DNA from: a virus
DNA length: 64,000 bases
Direction: 5' to 3' (one strand)
UHGV virus genome: UHGV-1455077
How positions within the stretch are numbered: the stretch's first letter is position 1; every line of letters begins with the position of its first letter. The notes under the pieces were generated by a model. The model did not search any database. It was not told where the DNA came from and was given only the letters and a program-made list of their open reading frames with translations. A program made the position numbers and the translations under genes. Of the stretch, positions 41,169-49,970 are shown piece by piece.

Positions 41169-41540
41169 ATGGATAAAGAATTTTTAAATAATTTATTTCT
41201 ATGGCTTCAAGAACTTTACAATAATACAACAGGCGGACAATTTGGTGAATATGATGAAATAGAAACATATGGTGATGTAAATGAAAATGGCTATCCTGAA
41301 ATAATTAAAATTGAAAAACGCCCAATAGAAGAATTATATGAAATTGTTGATAAGCCAGAAGGAACAAAACAAGAATTTGAGGATGAATGTTATGATGATA
41401 TTCCAACAGCTTATAAATTTTTAACTTATGAGTATTGCGACCAATGGAGAAATGGTGGTTATTCAGGAGATGATTATGCTGGACATATGTATTACCCATT
41501 GCCAGATGGTAAATTTATGAAAGTTTATTATTCCTGCTAA
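41169..41540 (+). CDS. hypothetical protein
   Basis: 123 aa ORF with a GGGAGAGAATAAATG SD. Confidence 0.4.
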   Translation: MDKEFLNNLFLWLQELYNNTTGGQFGEYDEIETYGDVNENGYPEIIKIEKRPIEELYEIVDKPEGTKQEFEDECYDDIPTAYKFLTYEYCDQWRNGGYSGDDYAGHMYYPLPDGKFMKVYYSC

Positions 41541-41558
41541 TTTTTTTTATTTTTCCTA

Positions 41559-41586
41559 TTGACAAGTAATTTTTATATGTTATATT
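41559..41586 (+). promoter_or_regulatory. sigma70-like promoter plus conserved leader (copy 2; an 80-nt block identical to 61539-61618)
   Basis: TTGACA at 41559-41564 and TATATT at 41581-41586. The leader AACCTTATCAAAAACAACAATGAAAGGTTAATAAGATG is identical up to the start codon. Confidence 0.6.
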
Positions 41587-41621
41587 AACCTTATCAAAAA
41601 CAACAATGAAAGGTTAATAAG

Positions 41622-42080
41622 ATGACATTATACATTAACAAAGCACTTTACACCGATGTTCAATCTTGGAAAGTTATTGAATTGGATGAAGAAAAAGGTG
41701 AAGCAACTGTTATTGAAGTTGAAAAAAAGCCTGAAAATTTGAATTATGAGCTTGGTGGTTTTGTAGCTCATTTTAGCAATCTTAATGAAGCTTTTAGAAA
41801 TGCTCCTATTGTTGAAGTTAAAAATGCCAAACCTTTTAAATTGTATCGCAGAAAAAATGGTTGGTTTAAAAAACAAAATGTTGGTTATTCTCTTGACAAA
41901 AGGATTGTTGATTTAAATAATCTTAAAAAAGAACCAAATACAACTATTGTTGTTGATGAATTTTCAGTTCATTTTTTGAAAACAACAAAAACAGGTAAAC
42001 TTAAAGAAACATTCACAAAATTTTGTGATTTAAATGCAATGTCTGAAAATTGCAATTACTTTTACGACTACAATTTTTAG
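41622..42080 (+). CDS. hypothetical protein
   Basis: 152 aa ORF behind the conserved leader. Confidence 0.45.
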   Translation: MTLYINKALYTDVQSWKVIELDEEKGEATVIEVEKKPENLNYELGGFVAHFSNLNEAFRNAPIVEVKNAKPFKLYRRKNGWFKKQNVGYSLDKRIVDLNNLKKEPNTTIVVDEFSVHFLKTTKTGKLKETFTKFCDLNAMSENCNYFYDYNF

Positions 42081-42094
42081 TAAGGATAAAAACA

Positions 42095-42499
42095 ATGCCA
42101 TTGACCGATGATATTTTGGAAATATTAAAAGACCAACTGCAAAAAACAAATGATAACATTGCAGTTCTTGAAAAAAAGAAATTTGAAATTCAAGAAGGAA
42201 TTCAAAAATATATTCTCCAAGCAAAATTATATGAAACAGATTTCGTACCATATAAAGGTCAATGGCTTGATGAAATTACTTTAATTATTGAAGATAATTC
42301 TGGTATTCATCATATACATTATGATGGTGCATCTGTTGATAATAATGCTCATATTTCAGCATATCATACTGGAGAATTTAGTCATTGGGGATATAGTTGG
42401 AGTGATAAAGACCAATCTTATGTATATGATACCTGCTTTGATAATACAAAATTCCCCGTTAAAATAATTGGTTTTTATGATGTTAAAATGGATGAATAA
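42095..42499 (+). CDS. hypothetical protein; start set to the internal ATG (MPLTDD)
   Basis: The ORF track starts at 42050 inside the upstream gene. An AAGGATAAAAACA SD precedes the ATG at 42095. Confidence 0.45.
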   Translation: MPLTDDILEILKDQLQKTNDNIAVLEKKKFEIQEGIQKYILQAKLYETDFVPYKGQWLDEITLIIEDNSGIHHIHYDGASVDNNAHISAYHTGEFSHWGYSWSDKDQSYVYDTCFDNTKFPVKIIGFYDVKMDE

Positions 42500-42844
42500 A
42501 TGCTAATAGAAGATGAAGAATTTTTTAAAAATAGTGCTAAAATTAATAGATTATATGCCGAAAATAAAAAAGGGTGCTGTAAATTTGTTAAAATAGATAC
42601 AGATTATCCAAAAATTATTGATGTTTTAGTTGAAGTTGGTATTGTAGAATCAAAAAGTCAATGCAGAAGATTAATTGAACAAAATGGTATAACAATTGAT
42701 GAATCTTGGGAATGTGAACAAAAACCAACAGATATTAATTGTATTGTTGACTTATCTATAGATGATTTTTTTGATGTTAGAATTGGGAAGAAAAAGCATT
42801 TTAGAATTTTTTGTTTAACTCCTAAAGAATTTTTAAAAAATTAA
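42500..42844 (+). CDS. hypothetical protein
   Basis: 114 aa ORF whose start abuts the stop of the previous gene. Confidence 0.4.
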   Translation: MLIEDEEFFKNSAKINRLYAENKKGCCKFVKIDTDYPKIIDVLVEVGIVESKSQCRRLIEQNGITIDESWECEQKPTDINCIVDLSIDDFFDVRIGKKKHFRIFCLTPKEFLKN

Positions 42845-42980
42845 AAAAGTTTTGGACTTGGAAAAATCTTAATAGAAATAGAATTACAATTAAATTTATT
42901 GATTTAATTTTTCTTAAATGTTATTGGAATATTAAATTATTTAATAAAATAAATATTATCATATTAATAGAGGAATTAAA

Positions 42981-43316
42981 ATGATTGTTGATATTAACTT
43001 AAATAAACCAAATGTTTTTCAAAGTGAAGATTTATTAAATGTTTTGATAATGGATTATAAAAAATTAAAAAATAAAATTAATAATGTTCAAATTTCTATG
43101 ACAGATAGAAATTTATATAAAACTTTACTGCAATATGAAACTTCCTATATGGATGGAGTAGATTTAGAATATTTAGGAGATGGCGGTAATAAACAAAGTA
43201 AAGAATTCTATGTTAATTTTATTGCTATGGTTTTAGAAGCTAAAAAAAGAAATTTGCCATTAAATTATGAAAAATTGATAAGAAATATTGAATATGTTTG
43301 GGCAAATTATTATTAA
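42981..43316 (+). CDS. hypothetical protein
   Basis: 111 aa ORF with a GAGGAATTAAAATG SD. Confidence 0.4.
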   Translation: MIVDINLNKPNVFQSEDLLNVLIMDYKKLKNKINNVQISMTDRNLYKTLLQYETSYMDGVDLEYLGDGGNKQSKEFYVNFIAMVLEAKKRNLPLNYEKLIRNIEYVWANYY

Positions 43317-43388
43317 TAACATTTTTTGTTATTTTTAGTGATATATAAATAGATTCTAAAAATTTTTTAAATTTTTTATAAAAAATTC

Positions 43389-43417
43389 TTGACAAGTAAA
43401 ATTATTTATATTATATA
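43389..43417 (+). promoter_or_regulatory. sigma70-like promoter P1 of a tandem cluster
   Basis: TTGACA at 43389-43394, a 17-nt spacer and TATATA. Confidence 0.55.
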
Positions 43418-43642
43418 TGAATGTACAGAGAGGAAATAAGGTGAAATACCTTATTGAGAGAATTTAGTAAGAAGTACAATGAAAAATTTTCGATGGTGTA
43501 TAAAAGCAACACTCTGACTGCTATAAAAGTATTTTACAATATTTTTAATAGAGATATTATAAAATATTTTTAAGGTTTTTAATTTATTATTATAAATATC
43601 TTATGAACAAATAAATATTTTATGAAAAAAGAAAAAAATTCT

Positions 43643-43670
43643 TGACAAGTAAAATAAATAAGTTTATAAG
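43643..43670 (+). promoter_or_regulatory. sigma70-like promoter P2
   Basis: TTGACA at 43643-43648 and TATAAG. Confidence 0.55.
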
Positions 43671-43867
43671 ATAGATATTGAAAAGGAAAAAAGTGATACA
43701 CAGTAATGTGGAAAATAATTCAAGAGATTATCAAATGTTTGCGATTAAACCTGCAAGCAAAAGGGCTTATATGTAACTATACAAAGGTATAAAATAGATA
43801 CAAAATAAGCTCTAAAAGAAAATCTTTAGAGCTTTTTCTTTTTAATAAAAATAAATTAAAAAAGTTC

Positions 43868-43896
43868 TTGACATTAAAAAATAAATGATGTATAAG
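43868..43896 (+). promoter_or_regulatory. sigma70-like promoter P3
   Basis: AAATAAATTAAAAAAGTTCTTGACA, a 17-nt spacer and TATAAG. Confidence 0.55.
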
Positions 43897-43963
43897 AACA
43901 AACATTGAAAGAAATTGAAAACATAAGTTGAAAAATCTTTCAAAAATAAATTAAAAAAGTTCT

Positions 43964-43991
43964 TGACAAACAAAATTAAATAGTTTATAAA
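43964..43991 (+). promoter_or_regulatory. sigma70-like promoter P4 (its upstream 25 nt duplicate P3)
   Basis: AAATAAATTAAAAAAGTTCTTGACA and TATAAA. Confidence 0.55.
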
Positions 43992-44438
43992 GAACACATA
44001 AAGAACGAAAGTTCTTGTTATAAAAGAAAAAATGGAGACCTTGCTCCTTGATAAACTTCAAATAATCTAAATCACCAAGGGATAACCTGACGACTATATG
44101 GTGTAACAGCAGATATAGAGAACGGTTAGAGGGAGATAGCAAAAACCCCTCAATTTATATAAGTGGTTAATAATGTGGAACTCATAAAAGTAATATTATA
44201 AGTATGCGATAAACGACATAGATGTAAGTGAAAGTAATATGAAATGAACGGAGTTTAAATTCCATAGACCATATGCGAAAAGATTAGGTATGGACACTTT
44301 TTAGTTTATTAACCATTTATATAAATTTATTTGAGCAACAAGATATTCGGGTCTCTACCGAATACGTTAGAACCTTCGGCGATTTTAGCAACAGTTCTTC
44401 ACGATAATTACGATAAGATTATCAAAGATTTTTTTAAT

Positions 44439-44524
44439 GCAGAGTTATACCGTAGGAGTAGCGGGACAGACTGTAAATCTGTTGCCTTTTGGCTCGGGTG
44501 GTGCGACTCCATCACTCTGCACCA
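44439..44524 (+). tRNA. tRNA-Tyr (anticodon GTA), class II, CCA encoded
   Basis: Acceptor GCAGAGT/ACTCTGC. Anticodon stem ACAGA/TCTGT with loop CTGTAAA. Long variable arm. ACCA at the 3' end. Confidence 0.75.
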
Positions 44525-44534
44525 TTATTTTAAT

Positions 44535-44610
44535 GGCACTCTAGCAACCACGGTTGATGCGTCTGTCTGAAGAACAGAATAACTCGGTTCGACTCCGAGG
44601 GGTGCCACCA
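44535..44610 (+). tRNA. tRNA-Phe (GAA)
   Basis: Acceptor GGCACTC/GGGTGCC. Anticodon stem TCTGT/ACAGA with loop CTGAAGA. T-loop GGTTCGACTCC. CCA encoded. Confidence 0.8.
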
Positions 44611-44618
44611 ATTTTATT

Positions 44619-44698
44619 CGGGTAGTTGGGGAGTTTGGTTACCCCGCTTGCTTTGGGAGCAAGAGAACTCGCAGGTTCGAATCCTGCCTACCCGACCA
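44619..44698 (+). tRNA. tRNA-Pro (TGG)
   Basis: Acceptor CGGGTAG/CTACCCG. Anticodon stem CTTGC/GCAAG with loop TTTGGGA. T-arm GCAGGTTCGAATCCTGC. CCA encoded. Confidence 0.7.
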
Positions 44699-44782
44699 TT
44701 TTTAATAAATTAAATGTTCCAATAGTTTCTAACTAGCTAGTAGAATAAAGGATAATAACCTTTTTGGAACGCCGAGTTTCTT

Positions 44783-44860
44783 GGGCCAGTAGTTCAGTTA
44801 GGGAGAACGCCTGCTTTGCAAGCAGGATGTCGTGGGTTCGATTCCCACCTGTGTCCACCA
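44783..44860 (+). tRNA. tRNA-Ala (TGC), possibly defective or pseudogene (acceptor stem mismatched)
   Basis: The D arm (GTTC/GAAC), anticodon arm (CCTGC TTTGCAA GCAGG) and T arm (GTGGG TTCGATT CCCAC) are perfect. The 5' GGGCCAG pairs with the 3' strand only with 2 mismatches. Confidence 0.45.
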
Positions 44861-45146
44861 ATTTTTAAAAAGATTTGTGATAGGTGAAAACTATCATAAA
44901 AATGGGTAAATGCATACCGTTAGTCACAAGCATTCGGAGTCAGCCGCTTCGTTAGATAAGGGTATCGCCGTTTGAGATTTTAAGCGTTATTAATAAATCT
45001 CACCAGTTAGGTAGACAACTCCTGATTTGACTAATCCAGAACATTAGGTGAAGATGTTTTTAATATATATTGAAAAGAGAAGCCGAGCGTCACTCGCTCT
45101 AAAGGAGTAATTGTAAATCGCTCACCAATTTATTTAAGTTTAAAAA

Positions 45147-45491
45147 ATGATAGAATTAAGAAATTGTAAAAAACACGGTTTAACAGAATTTTCATATCAT
45201 AAATCTGGTAATAGATGGAGATGTAAAAAATGTATGGTTGAAGCTGTTAAATTAAGAAGGAAAAAAATTAAAGAAAAAGCTGTCGAATATAAAGGTGGAA
45301 AATGCGAAATCTGTGGATATAATAAATGTATAGATGCATTAGAATTTCATCATTTAAATCCAAAAGAAAAAGATTTTGGAATTGGAGAAAAAGGTTATAC
45401 TCGCAGTTGGATAAAAATTCAAGAAGAACTTGATAAATGTATTATGGTGTGTGCAAATTGCCATAGAGAAATACATAATAAAGATACGTAA
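45147..45491 (+). CDS. HNH homing endonuclease
   Basis: CEICGYNKCIDALEFHHLNPKEK....CANCHREIH is the HNH/Zn motif. It lies inside the tRNA array and ends 2 nt into tRNA-Asn. Confidence 0.65.
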   Translation: MIELRNCKKHGLTEFSYHKSGNRWRCKKCMVEAVKLRRKKIKEKAVEYKGGKCEICGYNKCIDALEFHHLNPKEKDFGIGEKGYTRSWIKIQEELDKCIMVCANCHREIHNKDT

Positions 45492-45565
45492 TTTTTATTC
45501 TGACGTAGCTCAGTTGGTTAGAGCGTTCGCCTGTTAAGCGAAGGGTCATAGGTTCAAGTCCTATC
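45489..45565 (+). tRNA. tRNA-Asn (GTT)
   Basis: Acceptor TCTGACG/CGTCAGA. GTAGCTCAGTTGGTTAGAGC D arm. Anticodon stem TTCGC/GCGAA with loop CTGTTAA. CCA encoded. Confidence 0.85.
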
Positions 45566-45770
45566 GTCAGAGCCAATATTTAATAAAAAATTTGTATGAA
45601 AGCTAGTGAGTAATACAGATAGTTTAACCCATCTGTACTTCAACAGGGTTCTTGCCATAGAAATAAATGGTCGTTGGATAGAAAATGTCAATGTTATGAA
45701 AAGGAACATTCAAAGTTTTAGTTTTTGAGTGGTAGTTACTAAATTAACAAATAAACTACCATACTTTTAT

Positions 45771-45846
45771 GGTTCGGTGACAGAACGATTAATGTACCCG
45801 TCTGCAAAACGGTGTTTAGTGGGTTTGACTCCCACCCGAATCTCCA
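45771..45846 (+). tRNA. tRNA-Cys (GCA)
   Basis: Acceptor GGTTCGG/CCGAATC (one GU). Anticodon stem CCGT/ACGG with loop CTGCAAA. T arm GTGGGTTTGACTCCCAC. CCA encoded. Confidence 0.6.
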
Positions 45847-45875
45847 TTATTGTTTTTTCAAAATTTTTAAGAATG

Positions 45876-45942
45876 GTGAGAAATTGATTTACATAGACTG
45901 GAAATCCGTGTGTAGAAAGTTCGATTCTTTCCCCATCGACCA
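45876..45942 (+). ncRNA. tRNA-like 3'-half module (T arm, acceptor 3' strand and ACCA) preceded by the conserved GTGAG...TTTACATAG leader
   Basis: GTGAGAAATTGATTTACATAG...GAAAG TTCGATT CTTTC CCCATCG A CCA. No matching 5' acceptor lies upstream. The complementary strand CGGTGGG lies downstream at 45948. Confidence 0.4.
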
Positions 45943-45947
45943 TTTAA

Positions 45948-45975
45948 CGGTGGGTAGCTCATTGGTAGAGCAACG
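45948..45975 (+). ncRNA. tRNA 5'-half-like element (acceptor, D arm: CGGTGGG TA GCTCATTGGTAGAGCA ACG); duplicated at 55886
   Basis: It complements the upstream 3' half perfectly, with one GU. It is followed by A-rich sequence and TTATGTTCCTT, as in the second copy. Confidence 0.4.
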
Positions 45976-46652
45976 TAAAATGATAATCAATTGTTATGTT
46001 CCTTCTTAATTTTAAAAGTTTTGGTAGTTGGAAGTTAAGCTTTTGGGGCAGGAGCAACTTAACTTCCATCTATTGATGCGTGTCCTGATTTAATTAATTA
46101 CCTTCTCGTGGTTCAGGATGTAAGTAAGAATTGCAGTTTTTGACATAAGACAATTCTGAAACTAAAGATTAATATTAAAATGATTTAATTGAAGTATAGT
46201 AAATTAAATAAGTTGATTAAATAAGTGAGCAAGATAGAATCAACTAAAGGTAATAATATGCAGATTATATGCCGAACTACTAACGCTTAAGGTAGATGTA
46301 GGAAATAACCTCGGTAGGGCAATTTAATTGTTAATCTCTTAGAAGTCCTAAAAAAATAAACCGTTTTAAAAAACTGCGTTAAATTAAAATTTTGAAATTG
46401 TTGTTCTCCTTTCATTGTTTTTCATACAACAAGAGTAAAAATATTCTTAGTATCGGGAGAGGTAATATCTTATCTCTCTCTTTTTATAAAAATGCTGGCA
46501 ATATTGGTTCGAATCCAATATGTATATCTTATCCTAAAAATTACTATTATAGTATTAGATTTAAATAGTAATGATATGTCAAATTTAATAAGAACGTGTT
46601 ATTGAATTATATACATTAGTTTAATGGTAGAACCCCAGCATTTCTATAAGAA

Positions 46653-46738
46653 GATTTTTATGGGTGTATAAGTCAACGGTTAGACTAACAGCCTTTTAAG
46701 CTGTAGATTCGGGTTCGATTCCTTTATAATCAATAATG
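46653..46738 (+). pseudogene. degenerate tRNA-Lys(TTT)-like element
   Basis: The D arm AGTC AACGGTTA GACT and the anticodon arm ACAGC CTTTTAA GCTGT are perfect. The T stem and acceptor cannot be paired. Confidence 0.3.
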
Positions 46739-47219
46739 TATAAGAAAAATAACAAATTTCTTTCTTGATAATTAGGTAATGAAATTAATGCCTAATTATG
46801 ACAAGTATTTAACAAAATTTTCTGACTCTAATCAAAGAATTAGTGATTGATAGTTTAAGAATTATCTGTATACGTGAATGACACCCTTTATCAACGTTTG
46901 CATACATAACTGCATAAATCAAGATGGGTTAGGTGGTCGTTTATCCGTTTCACCTTTCATATGATAAACAAAACGAAAAACGGATTGCATTTTTTATAAT
47001 ATTCAAAATGGGTATTAGATAAGATATTGGTAGCTAGATAACCCAATATATGATAAAAACCATTATTGATAAGGTTTAAGATTTCGACCTTTAACCCAAT
47101 GGAAATCCAGTTTATCTATTGTACTTGGTTAACAATAGCGTAGAATTGGTCATTCTCAAAAAGGTACGTAAGCCTTTTTATATTAAATAAATATCTTATA
47201 TAATTTATGAGGTATTAAA

Positions 47220-47642
47220 ATGAAATTAATTGACATATTAGCATTATTTAAAGCTATAAAAAATACTGCTAAAAAATATCATTGGAAAACTGTTGGCACA
47301 ACATTTATGTCTGACCATTTATTATTTGATAGAATTTATGATGATATTGATGATGACCAAATTGATACAATTGTTGAACAATATTATATGGGTCTTGGAA
47401 GAAAAGATATTGATGATTTAGATAATTTAATTGCATTATCTGCTCAATATGAAGGACAGTCTTTTACTGCTTCTTCTGAAAATTTATTAATGATGTATCA
47501 AGAATTAGCAAGAATGATGAATACATTTTTAGTAAATGTTGAAAAATTAAATTTATTAAGAGGTATAAATTCTGAATTAGATAATATTGCATCAACAATT
47601 ACTCAATTATATGGTTTAGTAACTGCAAGATTAATTCAGTAA
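47220..47642 (+). CDS. hypothetical protein
   Basis: 140 aa ORF with a GAGGTATTAAAATG SD, inside the tRNA island. Confidence 0.45.
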   Translation: MKLIDILALFKAIKNTAKKYHWKTVGTTFMSDHLLFDRIYDDIDDDQIDTIVEQYYMGLGRKDIDDLDNLIALSAQYEGQSFTASSENLLMMYQELARMMNTFLVNVEKLNLLRGINSELDNIASTITQLYGLVTARLIQ

Positions 47643-47673
47643 TTTATAAATTTAATATTATAAACATTTAAAT

Positions 47674-47750
47674 GACCCCATCGTCTAAATGGTTAGGATA
47701 CCACCCTTTCAAGGTGAAGATTACGGGTTCAAATCCCGTTGGGGTCGCCA
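47674..47750 (+). tRNA. tRNA-Glu (TTC)
   Basis: Acceptor GACCCCA/TGGGGTC. Anticodon stem CACC/GGTG with loop CTTTCAA. T arm ACGGGTTCAAATCCCGT. GCCA at the 3' end. Confidence 0.75.
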
Positions 47751-47978
47751 ATTTTGGTTGCTATCGGAAATCAAGTGCGAATTTATGATATGATATATCG
47801 GATAAATCATATGGAAAAATGGTAACTTGTGGTACGCCAAACTTAATATGTACCGATAATGTATTAAGTTAAAAATAGCGTTTTAATATTCAATTTGTCC
47901 TTGCCTTTACTTTATAAAGGACTTACAGGCGAGGGGGTGGTCTGGAGTTTAAATAGAGGAAAGTCCCCCAACATTTTT

Positions 47979-48052
47979 GGTGTATTAGTTTAATGGTAAA
48001 ACTCCCGACTGTCTATCGGAAATCAAGGGTTCGATTCCCTTATACACCGCCA
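47979..48052 (+). tRNA. tRNA-Asp (GTC)
   Basis: Acceptor GGTGTAT/ATACACC. Anticodon stem CCGA/TCGG with loop CTGTCTA. T arm AAGGGTTCGATTCCCTT. GCCA at the 3' end. Confidence 0.75.
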
Positions 48053-48377
48053 TTTTTTATTTTATGGGAATATTATCATTCGATATTATATTTTTATCTA
48101 TCAAATAGTGATAAATCAACAGCTTAAGATTAGGACACTTAATAAATGAAACAATGTAATTTTTGTGTGTAGTAAAATTTATTGGTAGTAATTTATTAAT
48201 ATATGGAAAATCTAATGAATCATTAATGTAGAAATACACAACTTTAATGATAGTGAAAAATAATTGTCAATGGTATTTCAAACAATTGTTTGATTTGATA
48301 TATAACCACGATATAATTATATAATCAAGGTTTTACCTTGGTATTCCCCACCAAATTTATTAGAAGGATTTTTAATA

Positions 48378-48704
48378 ATGAAATATAAAAAGAAATATAT
48401 TGTAGTTGGTGCATACAAGATGAAAGATAATACAATTAATTATTCTTTTTATTATATGAATGAATGCTTTTTAAATACTTTTGCAACAACTTATTCATTA
48501 AATGAAGCTAAAGAAATTGTTAAACAGCTTTATAAAAATGTTAAAAAAGTTAATAAGCTAAAGAAAAATCGAAAAAGATATACATATTTCATTGTTAAAG
48601 CACATACATCAAAAACAAAATTATCTAATGGAAAATATTTATATATTAATAGAGATATACTTGATGAATTTAGTTCATATTGTATTAAATGTGAAATTAA
48701 ATAA
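48378..48704 (+). CDS. hypothetical basic protein
   Basis: 108 aa ORF with an AAGGATTTTTAATAATG SD. Confidence 0.4.
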   Translation: MKYKKKYIVVGAYKMKDNTINYSFYYMNECFLNTFATTYSLNEAKEIVKQLYKNVKKVNKLKKNRKRYTYFIVKAHTSKTKLSNGKYLYINRDILDEFSSYCIKCEIK

Positions 48705-49021
48705 AAATGAGATATATGCCTAATGTTTTCGGTAAAAAATCAAGAAAACAAATGCCTAAATGGTCAAGACATATATCAATAGTCTGTGGTACCAAATTCC
48801 GTAAGGTTCAGCGGGAACTCCTGTATTTATACTTTCCTGCTGGTAAAAAGTTCAGTCATCGAACATAGAATGACCAAACCAGCGATAAAGGTGGAAAGCC
48901 TTTAACAATATATGTGTAGATATGGCGAAAGTTGGTAAAAGCTCCGAGTGATATTGGTTTTAGGTTGTTTGAATTTTGAAGGTTAAAATTCAATTCCTTT
49001 TTCTATGTATATAATTAATTT

Positions 49022-49097
49022 GGGTGTGTAACTTAATTGGTAGAGAAACTGACTCTTAATCAGTATGATGAGGGTTCGAGTCCCTCTGCACCCACCA
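49022..49097 (+). tRNA. tRNA-Lys (CTT)
   Basis: Acceptor GGGTGTG/TGCACCC (two GU). Anticodon stem ACTGA/TCAGT with loop CTCTTAA. T arm GAGGGTTCGAGTCCCTC. ACCA at the 3' end. Confidence 0.7.
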
Positions 49098-49113
49098 ATA
49101 TGTAAATTTAATT

Positions 49114-49189
49114 GCACCCATAGGCTAATTGGACAAACCCAAAGTCTTCTAAACTTTTATTACAGGTTCGAGTCCTGTTGGGTGTGCCA
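49114..49189 (+). tRNA. tRNA-Arg (TCT)
   Basis: Acceptor GCACCCA/TGGGTGT. Anticodon stem AAAGT/ACTTT with loop CTTCTAA. T arm ACAGGTTCGAGTCCTGT. GCCA at the 3' end. Confidence 0.75.
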
Positions 49190-49201
49190 TTTATAAAAAA
49201 T

Positions 49202-49324
49202 GATGAAACGGTGTGGCGGTGTACACGTCTGAAAGTAATAGACCTAGACTTTTAGTTTGAAAGTGAAAGCTAAACAAAGGTATTACCGTTAGAGGAAGTA
49301 AGAAGTCATTGGTTCAACTCCAAT
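49202..49324 (+). ncRNA. Elongated (~123 nt) tRNA-like gene; a tRNA with a ~50-nt insertion, or a tRNA-like sRNA
   Basis: Acceptor GATGAAA/TTTCATC is perfect. D arm GTGT GGCGGTGT ACAC. T arm ATTGG TTCAACT CCAAT. The body is too long for class I or II tRNA. No CCA is encoded. Confidence 0.4.
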
Positions 49325-49329
49325 TTTCA

Positions 49330-49406
49330 TCACAAATGCTCGGTTAGTTCAGTTGGAAGAACACCGCTTTTACACAGCGGGGGTCGGCAGTTCGAACCTG
49401 TCACCG
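49330..49406 (+). tRNA. tRNA-Val (TAC)
   Basis: Acceptor GCTCGGT/ACCGAGT. D arm GTTC AGTTGGAA GAAC. Anticodon stem CCGCT/AGCGG with loop TTTACAC. ACCA at the 3' end. Confidence 0.75.
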
Positions 49407-49415
49407 AGTACCAAA

Positions 49416-49444
49416 AAATATCTTGACAATAAATAAAATAAATT
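49416..49444 (+). promoter_or_regulatory. consensus sigma70 promoter inside the tRNA array
   Basis: TTGACA, a 17-nt spacer and TATAAT, directly upstream of tRNA-Gln. Confidence 0.65.
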
Positions 49445-49449
49445 ATATA

Positions 49450-49525
49450 ATAAAGTTATATTGGAAAGTCATCTAAGGGTAGGATAGCGGACTTTGACTC
49501 CGTTCATACTGGTTCGAATCCAGTC
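49450..49525 (+). tRNA. tRNA-Gln (TTG)
   Basis: Acceptor TGGAAAG/CTTTCCA. Anticodon stem GCGGA/TCCGT with loop CTTTGAC. T arm ACTGGTTCGAATCCAGT. GCCA at the 3' end. Confidence 0.7.
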
Positions 49526-49820
49526 TTTCCAGCCATTTTTTAACTGGGGTTATGACTGTTATTCCCCATTCAGGTAAATGATACAGCTATTGTTATGAAG
49601 TAACACGTTGAGGAATACTATCGTGAAAAAGTATTGGTTTGTTGGTTATTTGTTAGATATGTCAAAGTTTTGGAATTCCCAAAAACCTGAAATCAACAGG
49701 GTATAATAAAACATCCTTGAGTTATATTAAGTTTGTCTTAAAGCATTTAATATAAACATTAAAGTTTTATTCGTGAATACTGAAACAATGTTAAGTACGT
49801 TAATCTTAACAATGTTAATG

Positions 49821-49911
49821 GAATGTTACCCAAGTCTGGTGAAGGGGACTGTTTGCTAAACAGTTAGGAGCAGTAATGTTCGCAGAGGTTCAAATCCTCT
49901 ACATTCCGCCA
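49821..49911 (+). tRNA. tRNA-Ser (GCT), class II
   Basis: Acceptor GGAATGT/ACATTCC. Ser-type D arm. Anticodon stem CTGT/ACAG with loop TTGCTAA. Long variable arm. T arm CAGAGGTTCAAATCCTCT. GCCA at the 3' end. Confidence 0.8.
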
Positions 49912-49942
49912 TTTTGAAAAATAATTTTTCAAAAAAAGTTCT

Positions 49943-49970
49943 TGACAATATAAATTAAATATATTATATT
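49943..49970 (+). promoter_or_regulatory. sigma70-like promoter
   Basis: AGTTCTTGACA, a 16-17 nt spacer and TATATT. Confidence 0.55.

Noticed and set aside
44331-44570. 79-aa ORF
   Set aside because: It spans tRNA-Tyr and tRNA-Phe, and its translation is tRNA sequence.
45571-45760. Possible extra tRNA between tRNA-Asn and tRNA-Cys
   Set aside because: Only isolated hairpins (GGTAGTT...AACTACC). No cloverleaf.
48057-48239. 60-aa minus-strand ORF downstream of tRNA-Asp
   Set aside because: No SD, and the composition is of the intergenic type.
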